This document shows, one piece after another, positions 38,340-47,391 of a stretch of DNA of 61,230 bases (position 1 is its first letter; every line of letters starts with the position of its first letter). The notes under the pieces are model-generated. The model was not told the DNA's origin. It was given only the letters and a program-made list of their open reading frames with translations, and did not search any database. Both the position numbers and the translations under genes were made by a program. The stretch comes from a virus (taxonomy: Duplodnaviria; Caudoviricetes): positions 1 to 61,230 of IMG/VR virus record IMGVR_UViG_3300028025_002039. One strand, written 5' to 3'.

Positions 38340-40119
38340 ATTCTTTGAGGTACTGAAAAGCAACGTCTTTGCTGAAGTTCCAGTAGACGTTAAAACATTT
38401 GTGGAGGGGGAAGACTTTCTTCAGCAACCGCCACTATCACAAATTCAGTACGACATTGTAGAGGCTATGAGTCAAATCTACAAACTAGAAGAAGTCATTG
38501 AAATTTTGGGGGAGACAGAAGGTCGTAGATACTACAACAAGTATACTAAGAATGAAGTTATCCTACAACTTGGTAAGGGTTCTGGTAAGGACTTTGTTTC
38601 TACAGTAGCCTGTTGCTACATCGTTTATAAACTACTTTGTCTTAAAGACCCTGCTCGCTATTTTGGTAAGCCTACTGGTGACGCTATTGATATTATTAAC
38701 ATTGCTATTAACGCACAACAGGCTAAGAACGTTTTCTTTAAGGGCTTCAAGAATAAGATTGAACGCTCACCTTGGTTTGCTGGAAAGTTCTACGCCAAGG
38801 CAGATAGCATTGAATTCGACCAAGCCATTACGGTTTACTCTGGTCACTCTGAGCGTGAGTCTCACGAAGGTCTTAACCTTATCCTAGCAGTACTAGACGA
38901 GATTTCTGGTTTCGCACAAGAAGTTGGAACTGGTAACGACCAAGGCAAGACAGCAGACAACATATACAAAGCCTTCCGTGCTTCCGTAGACTCTCGTTTC
39001 CCAGACCTAGGCAAGGTAGCCCTGCTATCGTTCCCTCGTTACCCAGGAGACTTTATCTCCCAAAGATACGATGCAGTGATTGCTGAGAAAGAAGTTATCA
39101 CAAAGCATCACAAGTTTATTATGAATCCTGACCTACCAGAAGATACAGAGGGAAACACCCTAGAGATTGAGTGGGACGAAGATACAATTCTGTCTTACAA
39201 GTTTCCAGGAATGTTTGCTATCAAGAGACCAACGTGGGTAGTAAATCCTACTCGTAAGATTGACGATTTTAAATTAGCCTTTTATACAGACCTAGGCGAT
39301 GCCATGCAACGCTTTGCGTGTGTACCAACCTACATGTCAGACGCATTCTTCAAGCAGCAAGAAAAGATTCGTGCCTGTATGACAATCGTAAACCCTATTG
39401 ACACTAACAAAAGTTTTATGGATTCCTTCAAGCCAGACCCAGACAAGAAATACTTCGTCCACGCTGACCTTGCACAGCGACACGACAAGTGTGCTGTTGC
39501 TATTGCTCACGTTGAGAAGTGGGTAAATGTCCAGGTAGTTAAAGACTATGCACAAGTAATGCCTATCGTAGTTGTAGATGCAGTAGTATACTGGGAGCCA
39601 AAGATTGAAGGTCCTGTTAACCTTTCAGAAGTAAAGCAGTGGATTCAGAACCTACGCAGACTTGGTTTTGATATCGGAATGGTTTCCTTTGACCGTTGGC
39701 AATCCTTTGACATACAGAATGAACTTAAGTCTGTTGGTATAAAGACTGAGACTGTTTCTGTTGCAAAGAAGCATTATGAGGATATGGCTATGCTTGTTTA
39801 CGAAGAGCGACTAGCCCTGCCAGCAATTGACCTGCTATTTGAAGAACTAACTGAGTTGAAAATTATGAAGGGTAATCGTGTAGACCACCCTCGCAAATCT
39901 TCTAAGGACTTGGCGGATGCTGTGTGCGGTGCTATCTTCGGTGCTATCTCTCACACACCTAGAGACCTAAACCAGATGGTGGAGATTCATACCTTCCGTG
40001 ATAGGAAAAAGACCGAAGAAATGCATGATTTTGATAAGCGTAGCATTATAGAACGCAATAAACCAGCAGATAAAGACCTTGAATCCTACTTTAAACAGTT
40101 TAACATTAACGTAATTTAG
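38323..40119 (+). CDS. Terminase large subunit
   Basis: Walker A GKGSGKD; Walker B AVLDE; nuclease motifs HADLA and DHP...KDLADA. Confidence 0.93.
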   Translation: MSMFNEFFEVLKSNVFAEVPVDVKTFVEGEDFLQQPPLSQIQYDIVEAMSQIYKLEEVIEILGETEGRRYYNKYTKNEVILQLGKGSGKDFVSTVACCYIVYKLLCLKDPARYFGKPTGDAIDIINIAINAQQAKNVFFKGFKNKIERSPWFAGKFYAKADSIEFDQAITVYSGHSERESHEGLNLILAVLDEISGFAQEVGTGNDQGKTADNIYKAFRASVDSRFPDLGKVALLSFPRYPGDFISQRYDAVIAEKEVITKHHKFIMNPDLPEDTEGNTLEIEWDEDTILSYKFPGMFAIKRPTWVVNPTRKIDDFKLAFYTDLGDAMQRFACVPTYMSDAFFKQQEKIRACMTIVNPIDTNKSFMDSFKPDPDKKYFVHADLAQRHDKCAVAIAHVEKWVNVQVVKDYAQVMPIVVVDAVVYWEPKIEGPVNLSEVKQWIQNLRRLGFDIGMVSFDRWQSFDIQNELKSVGIKTETVSVAKKHYEDMAMLVYEERLALPAIDLLFEELTELKIMKGNRVDHPRKSSKDLADAVCGAIFGAISHTPRDLNQMVEIHTFRDRKKTEEMHDFDKRSIIERNKPADKDLESYFKQFNINVI

Positions 40120-40164
40120 TGGTATAATGTACTTGTTGGGCACTTCCAACGAGGAGAAAAACAA

Positions 40165-41790
40165 ATTAATAAACCCCAAAGATTTTTAATCGCACTACTT
40201 TTAGCACTTGCCCCTATCTTTTCTGCACAAACAGCCTTTGCTCAATCAAGAGCAGACTACGATGTATTGATTGCTGAGGCACAGGCTAAAGTTTCTGCTG
40301 CTCAGGAGGCTCTCAGCGTCGCACAGAAGGCTTTAGATGCAGCCAAACAACTTCAGGTAGATACGAATAATGCAGTTTTAGAAGCACAGCAAGTCTTACA
40401 AAATAAACAATCAGACGCAGACCAAAAGGCAGATGCCCTGGCGGTAGCGAAACAAGCGGTAGACCAAGCCCAAATTGAATACGACACTAAACTAATAGAA
40501 ACCCCTAGCGAAAATACAGAACCGACGATACCAGGTCTACAAGCAGACATATATACATTTGACCCACAGTATTACTACCCAGAACGCTCAACGACAGCAC
40601 ACACATTCTGTAAAACAATTACAGTTAATCAAATAGATATAGATTGGGGCGGTGGAGATATTGAAGGCTGTGGAGGAGATTTTGTTATTATCCACTATAC
40701 TGGCTTCTTCACCGTTCCCACAACAGACAACTATGAATTCCTGGCACAGGTTGACGACGGCTGGTACATGACTATCGGAGACACAGTTGTAAACGACAAC
40801 TGGGTTCTAAAAGGTTGTGGTGGCTGGTGGAGTCAGCCAGTTGCTTTAGAGGCTAACAAATCTTATCCTATTGACGCATGGTTTTATGAGTATGGTGGTG
40901 GTGCTTGTAATCAACTACTATATCTAACTCCACAAACATGGGATGTAGTTCCTGCAGACTGGTTCTCTCAAAATCAAAAGGCACAGGTTGTTCTTACAAA
41001 AGACCCTGCACTATTAGAACTATTAAACTTAGCAATTTCTAAGCAAGATGCGGCAACAACATCATACGAAGCAGCACAGTCAAGCCTATCTTCGGCAACC
41101 GCAGAACTTATTTCACTACAGGATAAACAATCTAAAATCCCTGGTACAATAGAGGTAGCGTCTCAGGACGTAACAAGTAAACAGGAGGAATTGATTGTCC
41201 GTCAACAGGAACTACAAGCCATTCCACCTTTTAGCGAGCCAACACCTACGCCTGAAGAGACCCAGGAACCTGTTGAAAAGCCAGCAGAGATTATCCCAGA
41301 ACCGATACCAGAACCAATCACGCCAGAAGCCCCCAAACCCAGTGAACCTGAGTTACCAGTAAACGTAGAAACCGTTGACCCTCAATCTTTGACCCCTACA
41401 CAGGCAGAGGAATTAAAAGCGGTAGCAAATGAAATTCTTGAAACAGCAGAGCAAGGCTCACCAGAATATGAAGAAGCACTTACAGCCCTATTCGTGGTAG
41501 CACAAGCAGACGACATTGTGGTTGATGAAGAACTTGCAGCAGTTCCAGTACTGGGTGCTACAGTTGTAGCCCTTACAGATGCCCTAAACTTTATGGGTAA
41601 CGCTGGTGCTGACATGTCACCCAAAGTAAGAGAAGAGTCTAAAAAGATTGTTGTGACAGCCGTTGTTGCTGTTGGAGCAGCAGTCAACGCAGCAACAGGA
41701 GCAGCACTTACTGCAGCAGCACCATCAGCAGCAGCATCTGTATCAGCAGGTGGCTCAGGTGGAACATCAGGCATGAGGAGGAAAGATTAA
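40165..41790 (+). CDS. Secreted, membrane-anchored PA14-domain protein (probable ATT start)
   Basis: Signal peptide in frame upstream of 40267; coiled coils; PA14 (DWGGG...YTGF...DDG...FYEYGGGA); Pro/Glu linker; hydrophobic C-terminus. Confidence 0.75.
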   Translation: MNKPQRFLIALLLALAPIFSAQTAFAQSRADYDVLIAEAQAKVSAAQEALSVAQKALDAAKQLQVDTNNAVLEAQQVLQNKQSDADQKADALAVAKQAVDQAQIEYDTKLIETPSENTEPTIPGLQADIYTFDPQYYYPERSTTAHTFCKTITVNQIDIDWGGGDIEGCGGDFVIIHYTGFFTVPTTDNYEFLAQVDDGWYMTIGDTVVNDNWVLKGCGGWWSQPVALEANKSYPIDAWFYEYGGGACNQLLYLTPQTWDVVPADWFSQNQKAQVVLTKDPALLELLNLAISKQDAATTSYEAAQSSLSSATAELISLQDKQSKIPGTIEVASQDVTSKQEELIVRQQELQAIPPFSEPTPTPEETQEPVEKPAEIIPEPIPEPITPEAPKPSEPELPVNVETVDPQSLTPTQAEELKAVANEILETAEQGSPEYEEALTALFVVAQADDIVVDEELAAVPVLGATVVALTDALNFMGNAGADMSPKVREESKKIVVTAVVAVGAAVNAATGAALTAAAPSAAASVSAGGSGGTSGMRRKD

Positions 41791-41969
41791 TGAAGAAATT
41801 TTTAAATGACCTATTGGGTCAGGCATGGACACTTCTTGGTATGTTTGTTGCATGGCTGGTACTTGAGGGTTCAGCAAAGACAGTTGTAGGATATGCAATC
41901 ATTGGCACAACATTTGTGTGGATGATTACTTACCCACTAAGAAATCCAAAAGATAAGGAGGAAGATTAA
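41790..41969 (+). CDS. Small 2-TM membrane protein (59 aa, not in ORF track)
   Basis: MKKFLNDLLGQAWTLLGMFVAWLVLEGSAKTVVGYAIIG...; TAATG coupling on both sides. Confidence 0.7.
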   Translation: MKKFLNDLLGQAWTLLGMFVAWLVLEGSAKTVVGYAIIGTTFVWMITYPLRNPKDKEED

Positions 41970-42205
41970 TGAATTACTTAAAGATTGCAAAGCGTATGCT
42001 TTCATTGTTTTTGGTCTCAGCCCTAGCAACCGTTGGTGCTGGTGCAGCAATTGGTATTGATGTCGTACAGGCAGCACTCCTTGCTGGTATTATGGGTGTT
42101 GCAAACGTTGTAGAAGACCTTGCTCGTGGATACCTAAACGATGGAGAACTTACAGAAGACGAAATTGACCGTGCATTTGTGGACAACATCCCTTCAGAAA
42201 AATAA
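41969..42205 (+). CDS. Small 2-TM membrane protein (holin-like)
   Basis: Two hydrophobic helices plus an acidic tail; AAGGAGG RBS. Confidence 0.55.
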   Translation: MNYLKIAKRMLSLFLVSALATVGAGAAIGIDVVQAALLAGIMGVANVVEDLARGYLNDGELTEDEIDRAFVDNIPSEK

Positions 42206-42266
42206 ATAGTTGACAGCCCTCTCTAGTTACTGTATAATAGATACATGACCTAGAGAGGGTTTTATT

Positions 42267-42467
42267 ATGTTCAAGAAGAAAAATGTTACAAACATTTCAG
42301 AGACTACAGAAGTCTGGGAATGGATGGACTTCGGAATTCAGAAAGGCTGGATTACTGAACCGTTCTGTTACACACACGACGGTGACCCATACATGACCGA
42401 AGAAGAAGAAGCAGAGTGGGAAGAGGGCGGAGACCCTTGCTCACCAGTAACCAAATTCCTTATTTAG
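42267..42467 (+). CDS. Hypothetical acidic protein
   Basis: CYTHDG...WEEGGDPC motif; promoter upstream. Confidence 0.55.
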   Translation: MFKKKNVTNISETTEVWEWMDFGIQKGWITEPFCYTHDGDPYMTEEEEAEWEEGGDPCSPVTKFLI

Positions 42468-42515
42468 GTATTTGACAACTCTTCCTTTGTCCTGTATACT
42501 GGATGAAGGAAGTAT

Positions 42516-42588
42516 TCCCCTATAACTCAGTTGGTAGAGTGTTCGGCTGTTAACCGAAATGTCATTGGTTCGAGTCCAGTTGGGGGAG
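42516..42588 (+). tRNA. tRNA-Asn(GTT)
   Basis: Acceptor TCCCCTA/TGGGGGA; anticodon arm TTCGG-CT-GTT-AA-CCGAA; GTTCGAGTC T-loop. Confidence 0.93.
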
Positions 42589-42594
42589 CACACA

Positions 42595-42686
42595 CCAAGC
42601 GGTATGCGAAAGCATAGTTGGCTTTAACAGGATACTAGTAAAGACTGTTACAGATGTTGTCCCTATCTGGGTTTTGACAAGGGACA
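42595..42686 (+). ncRNA. Unidentified structured RNA (two hairpins plus an H-type pseudoknot)
   Basis: TATGC-GAAA-GCATA hairpin; TAACAG/CTGTTA stem; CAGAT/ATCTG interleaved with TGTCCCT/AGGGACA. Confidence 0.45.
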
Positions 42687-42689
42687 TTT

Positions 42690-42763
42690 GATTTCGTAGT
42701 TCAGTTGGTTAGAACGCTACCCTGTCACGGTAGAGGTCGTGGGTTCAAGTCCCATCGGAATCG
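42690..42763 (+). tRNA. tRNA-Asp(GTC)
   Basis: Acceptor GATTTCG/CGGAATC; anticodon arm CTACC-CT-GTC-AC-GGTAG. Confidence 0.93.
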
Positions 42764-42767
42764 CTTC

Positions 42768-42839
42768 GCCACCTTAACTCAGCGGTAGAGTGCCATACTT
42801 GTAATATGGAGGTCAACAGTTCGAATCTGTTAGGTGGCT
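42768..42839 (+). tRNA. tRNA-Thr(TGT)
   Basis: Acceptor GCCACCT/AGGTGGC; anticodon arm CCATA-CT-TGT-AA-TATGG. Confidence 0.93.
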
Positions 42840-42886
42840 CTGATTATGCTTTATGGTATAATTATTTTAGAAGGAGATGATGCGTT

Positions 42887-43618
42887 ATGGCAAAATCACA
42901 ATATCCAGTAGATGGAGTTCCAGGGAAGTCCTGGAAAGTAACCTCACCATTTGGTTACCGAATTCATCCAATTAAGAAAACAAAGAAGCACCACAACGGT
43001 GTTGACATCTGGCAGGGTGGAGAAACTACCTATCTAGAAGCATGGGCAGACGGCAAGGTAATTGCAGTCAAGCCAAATGACTCACCAACATCTGGTGGTC
43101 ACTCAATCATTGTTCAGTCAACTGTAATGGGTAAGAAGGTCACATGGACTTACTTCCACATGGTTAAAGGTTCAATCAAAGTTAAGGTTGGTCAGAAGAT
43201 TACTGCTGGCACAATCGTTGGTAAGATGGGTGCAACTGGTTTCGCAACTGGTAAGCACCTACACTGGGAAATCTGGGCAGGTCACATCAAGAGTCAGCCA
43301 CTAGCAGGTTTCCACAACGGTAAGGGTTACTATGACCCAATGGCATTCATCAAGGCAGTCATTGCTTTTGAGAAGGCTGAAGCCGAGGCACACAAGGAGA
43401 CTCCTGAGACTGCCACTGTTACTGTAGCACCAACACACTCAGTAGCAGACGTTCCAACTGTTGCTAACCCAACAGAGGCAAAGGTTGTTAAGCCAGTTAA
43501 GACTGCGGCTGCAAAGCCAAAGGTTCTACCTGCACCAAAGCCAGCGGCAAACGTGTCACCAGTAACTGCTACCAAGCCTGTTGCTGTTGCACCAAAGGCT
43601 GCACCAAAAGCAGAATAA
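42887..43618 (+). CDS. M23 peptidase (endolysin) with a P/A/K-rich tail
   Basis: VTSPFGYR; HNGVD; YFHM; TGFATGKHLHWEI. Confidence 0.88.
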   Translation: MAKSQYPVDGVPGKSWKVTSPFGYRIHPIKKTKKHHNGVDIWQGGETTYLEAWADGKVIAVKPNDSPTSGGHSIIVQSTVMGKKVTWTYFHMVKGSIKVKVGQKITAGTIVGKMGATGFATGKHLHWEIWAGHIKSQPLAGFHNGKGYYDPMAFIKAVIAFEKAEAEAHKETPETATVTVAPTHSVADVPTVANPTEAKVVKPVKTAAAKPKVLPAPKPAANVSPVTATKPVAVAPKAAPKAE

Positions 43619-43681
43619 CTAATTATGTGTCGTGGTAATCATTCTATGTGGTTACCACGCACATTTTTATAAGGAGATAGA

Positions 43682-43858
43682 ATGCCATCATACGAATACA
43701 AATGTCCAGAATGTGACCAAAGACTAGTGGTCACTAGAGGTGTCAATGACGCTGACCCTGGATATGAATGCGACACTTGCAAAATTGCTCTAACTAAGGT
43801 ATACTCAGTAGGAGCAGTAACTTTCAAGGGTAGCGGATTCTACAGAACGGATAAGTAA
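43682..43858 (+). CDS. FmdB-family zinc ribbon protein (not in ORF track)
   Basis: MPSYEYKCPEC...CDTC...FKGSGFYRTD. Confidence 0.85.
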   Translation: MPSYEYKCPECDQRLVVTRGVNDADPGYECDTCKIALTKVYSVGAVTFKGSGFYRTDK

Positions 43859-44088
43859 TGACATCAGAACTTCTAGATACACCAGCAAAAGAATGGCAAC
43901 TAACTGCCACCGATAGATGCGACTACTGTGGAGCACAAGCATACGTCCGTGTAACAGGAGTAACAGGCTCGCTTGATTTCTGTGGACACCACTACAATAG
44001 ACACCAAGATAAACTAACTTCGTTTGCCTTTGAAACTATTGATGAACGAGACAAACTTATTGAGAACAGGCTTCAGGGCGAAGACTAA
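43858..44088 (+). CDS. Small zinc-binding protein of actinobacterial type
   Basis: LTATDRCDYCGAQAYV...FCGHH. Confidence 0.7.
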   Translation: MTSELLDTPAKEWQLTATDRCDYCGAQAYVRVTGVTGSLDFCGHHYNRHQDKLTSFAFETIDERDKLIENRLQGED

Positions 44089-45008
44089 TGAAACATCCAG
44101 TCTTTCAATACAACGAAGCATTCTTTGGTGGAACAGAAACAATGGCTAGAGGATTTATTAAAAACATTCTGCCAGACATGACAAACATTCACAAGTACAC
44201 TAATGTAATTATTCCAGGACACTTGCCAGACCTTCAGACCATGGGCATTGACGGAAGCAGATATATCTTTTGGCTTCACAATAATGTTAGCCAGTTCATT
44301 GGACCTGTAGGAAGACTATTAAATAATAATCTGGTTAGAAAAGCAACTGAACGTGTCATTGCTGTATCCGAATACGAAAAGAAAGTTCTAGCAAAAGAAC
44401 TAGACATGGACCTAAGTATGATTTATGTAATACCAAATGCAATTGAGTTGGCTACCCCAAACCCAGACAAGTTTAAAAAGATTGATAAGGTTAAACTTAT
44501 CCATGCATCCACTGCCGAACGTGGCATGGATATTTTACTAAAGGCTGTGCCATTAATTGAGGAAGACTTTGAACTAAATATCTTCAATGACTTCTATCCA
44601 GACCTACCACACAACTATAGCCTAGATGGTGTCAATGATTCAAGGGTAAACTTCTATGGCAAGACACCACGCAAGACGCTATACAAATTCTTTGCGGATG
44701 CTCACATCCACGCCTACCCATCCACCTACCCAGAAACGTCCTGCCTGACACAAATGGAAGCCATGTCTGCTGGATGCTACACAGTCCACACAGACTTGGG
44801 GGCATTGCCAGAAACATCTTTGGGATATGGAATAATGATTCCGTCTCACGAACTTACGCCAGAACGATATGCAGAAGAACTAACCAAGGCTATCAGGATG
44901 ATTAAAGAGCAAGGGTATGACTACACACAGCAAGTAGAAGATATCAAGAACAACTTCACCTGGGACAAAGCAAAGCAAAACTGGCTTGCTTTTGATGCAA
45001 CAATCTAG
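44088..45008 (+). CDS. GT-B (GT4-like) glycosyltransferase
   Basis: GGTE; AVSEY; VIPNAI; AYPSTYPETSCLTQMEAMSAG (EX7E). Confidence 0.88.
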   Translation: MKHPVFQYNEAFFGGTETMARGFIKNILPDMTNIHKYTNVIIPGHLPDLQTMGIDGSRYIFWLHNNVSQFIGPVGRLLNNNLVRKATERVIAVSEYEKKVLAKELDMDLSMIYVIPNAIELATPNPDKFKKIDKVKLIHASTAERGMDILLKAVPLIEEDFELNIFNDFYPDLPHNYSLDGVNDSRVNFYGKTPRKTLYKFFADAHIHAYPSTYPETSCLTQMEAMSAGCYTVHTDLGALPETSLGYGIMIPSHELTPERYAEELTKAIRMIKEQGYDYTQQVEDIKNNFTWDKAKQNWLAFDATI

Positions 45009-45030
45009 TATAATAGTTGAAGGTGATTAG

Positions 45031-45444
45031 ATGGAATATTTTGCAGGTTCAATAGTAACCTTAGTGACAATGTATATTGTTGCAAAACTAGTTAATCATC
45101 CTAAGAATAATATTAAGTCTGCCAAGACAATGTTTAGCCAGTCTCGTCAGTATGAGTTGGTAGCAGATTTTATTCCTATCATTCCACCAAAGCCAACAAT
45201 TAGCCAGTCGATAAAGCACAACCGCTCACAGTATACTCGCATCTTCTTTATTGGTGACGATGCATACTGGATTGAGGACAACAGCGTTTACACGTCTAAG
45301 TTTGAGAATGGTGTCATTGACCAGGAAAATAAAAAAACAGTTGACATGACTACCATAGATAAGGTAGAATTAGAGAAGATGATATTTGTCGTCGAACGAT
45401 TAACGGAAGGACTATCAGATGATAGTAGGGATTCAGGGAACTAA
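45031..45444 (+). CDS. Hypothetical protein with an N-terminal TM helix
   Basis: Hydrophobic N-terminus; promoter and RBS. Confidence 0.55.
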   Translation: MEYFAGSIVTLVTMYIVAKLVNHPKNNIKSAKTMFSQSRQYELVADFIPIIPPKPTISQSIKHNRSQYTRIFFIGDDAYWIEDNSVYTSKFENGVIDQENKKTVDMTTIDKVELEKMIFVVERLTEGLSDDSRDSGN

Positions 45445-45769
45445 AGGTTTCACTGATTATGCAGTATTTCTGCGTGGCATTGGGAACGCTTTGCGTGACC
45501 TACCAAAGGACGATAAGGTATTTACCATCATGTCTGCTGGTCCTGTTAACATTAATCAGTTTGCATTAGAGTTTGCAAATATTTCTGAGCGTAGCCTAAA
45601 GGCTCACGGTGTAAGAATTAAGTTAGTCAAGGTTCCACCTGCGTGGATTAAAGACAATATTAATTCTATTAACTATTTCCTATTCTTTAGCAAACCTAAA
45701 GAGGATTATTCCGAGTTGGTAAAGTTGGCAGAAGCCAAAGATATCGAAGTCGGAGTATATCGCTACTAG
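45419..45769 (+). CDS. SLOG/YspA-like protein
   Basis: MIVGIQGTKGFTDY resembles the IAGSR.F.DY start of YspA-like proteins. Confidence 0.45.
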   Translation: MIVGIQGTKGFTDYAVFLRGIGNALRDLPKDDKVFTIMSAGPVNINQFALEFANISERSLKAHGVRIKLVKVPPAWIKDNINSINYFLFFSKPKEDYSELVKLAEAKDIEVGVYRY

Positions 45770-45844
45770 CGATAGCAATCCCTGCAACCAATCTAACGTG
45801 GTTGTTCAGGAGACACACAGGTAACATAACAGAAAGTGATAACA

Positions 45845-46066
45845 ATGTTAATTAAATCACTAGAACAAATGGAGACCATTGTAGATAACAATGAGTCGCT
45901 ATCGTGGGATGGCTGGACTGTGCTTGAGGCGAAGAAGTCGCCAACAGCATGGATGCAACCCAATGCCAAGTTCATCAAGCATGAGTGGCACACCGTCAAT
46001 CGATTTGACATTACTGAAAGCGGTTGGGATATCCCAGCCAAGTTAGTGAAGAAGAATGGCGAATGA
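45845..46066 (+). CDS. Hypothetical protein
   Basis: LSWDGWTV motif; RBS. Confidence 0.55.
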   Translation: MLIKSLEQMETIVDNNESLSWDGWTVLEAKKSPTAWMQPNAKFIKHEWHTVNRFDITESGWDIPAKLVKKNGE

Positions 46067-46346
46067 CAAGAACTGGAGAGAGTCTGCCAAGTGTGACGGC
46101 TGGGACACCAATCTCTTCTTTGACAAGTATGAAGAAGATGTCGAACTAAGAAAAGATATCGATGAATTCTGTTCCACCTGTCCTGTGATGCGTCAGTGCT
46201 TTGCAGTTGGGGTATCAACCAAACAGGTCGGAGTATGGGGCGGAGTCTATCTAGATAATGGTAAAATATCTAGAGAGTTTAATAGACACAAAACAAAAGA
46301 AGCCTGGGCTAACACCTGGTCCGATTTAACAATAGATAAGGAATAA
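46056..46346 (+). CDS. whiB: WhiB-family transcription factor
   Basis: C-x26-CxxC-x5-C and GVWGG. Confidence 0.92.
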   Translation: MANDKNWRESAKCDGWDTNLFFDKYEEDVELRKDIDEFCSTCPVMRQCFAVGVSTKQVGVWGGVYLDNGKISREFNRHKTKEAWANTWSDLTIDKE

Positions 46347-46347
46347 T

Positions 46348-46581
46348 ATGTATACTACCGAAATGGCTACAGCATTTAAGGCACTAGTACCACCAGAGAA
46401 CTTTGGCGTAACTATCCTAGATGCTAACGATTTTCTGACTGTTCAGATTGACCCAGAAGACATTGAAAGTCTTCTTGACCACCAAGTAGAAGACGCTATT
46501 CAATACATCAAAGATGTAAAGAGAGTGTTGGAAGAGCAGGGTGCTATTGTTTACATTGTTCGTGAAGCGTTGAAGGACTGA
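46348..46581 (+). CDS. Hypothetical protein
   Basis: RBS; coupled ORF. Confidence 0.55.
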   Translation: MYTTEMATAFKALVPPENFGVTILDANDFLTVQIDPEDIESLLDHQVEDAIQYIKDVKRVLEEQGAIVYIVREALKD

Positions 46582-47027
46582 TGTATATGATTCCATCTTG
46601 GATTGACTCTGTGGTTGTTGGGGTATTAGTAACAATCATTATCTATCTTGTTTATAGATTCTTTAAGACCAAGACATTGTTTAAAGCCTTGTCTGAACTA
46701 TACATGCAAGAGATGGCAGATAGAATGCTTTTGCAGAAAAAGGTGGAAGAACTATATCAGGATATCGAAAACGTTAAACTGGAACAGACTGATGGATTCT
46801 TGAAGTTTGTATCAGAATCTCGTGACTGGGCTTTCCAGTATATCGAAGAGGTGCAATCAGCCCTATCTGAATTTGATAAGGACGTTGCACCAACAATTGA
46901 GTGGGCTAATACCTTTGGACAAGTCCTTGGCGAAACTGCTCACACAAATGCACTAAAGAGAATTTCCGAGGCATACGACAAACTAAAAGAAGTATTGCCA
47001 AAAGAAAACCAAACGCCTAATAACTAG
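46581..47027 (+). CDS. Membrane-anchored coiled-coil protein
   Basis: N-terminal TM helix; FLKFVSESRDWAFQYIE. Confidence 0.6.
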   Translation: MYMIPSWIDSVVVGVLVTIIIYLVYRFFKTKTLFKALSELYMQEMADRMLLQKKVEELYQDIENVKLEQTDGFLKFVSESRDWAFQYIEEVQSALSEFDKDVAPTIEWANTFGQVLGETAHTNALKRISEAYDKLKEVLPKENQTPNN

Positions 47028-47047
47028 GCATTAACAAGGAGAAATAA

Positions 47048-47329
47048 ATGAACGCACAAATTAAAGCACTACTAGCATCGTATGGAAGAAGCGTACTTGG
47101 TGCGGCTTCTGCACTATACCTAGCAGGAGTAACTGACCCACTAGACCTAGTATGGTCATTGGTCGCTGCTGTCTTGCCAGTTGCTCTAAGATACCTCAAC
47201 CCGAAGGACGCTGCTTTTGGTATCGTTCCAAAGGAAGAAGACATCAAGGAAGCACTTGCAAAGGCAACTCCTCAGAAGGCTCCAGTCAAAAAGACTGTAA
47301 CAGTCAAAAAGACTATCACAAAGAAGTAG
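47048..47329 (+). CDS. Putative holin
   Basis: Two TM segments; ALRYLNPKD.AFG motif; Lys-rich C-terminal tail. Confidence 0.65.
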   Translation: MNAQIKALLASYGRSVLGAASALYLAGVTDPLDLVWSLVAAVLPVALRYLNPKDAAFGIVPKEEDIKEALAKATPQKAPVKKTVTVKKTITKK

Positions 47330-47391
47330 TCTAACTATCCTGGGCATGATTAAAAACTGCCCACCTTTAATAGATATGGTATAATAATCAA

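Noticed and set aside
29616-40119. Inteins or introns in dnaE, recA or terL
   Set aside because: All are of normal length with contiguous motifs
42651-42686. preQ1 or cobalamin riboswitch
   Set aside because: Lacks the A-rich tail and consensus of preQ1-I and the B12 box; it lies upstream of a tRNA, not a CDS
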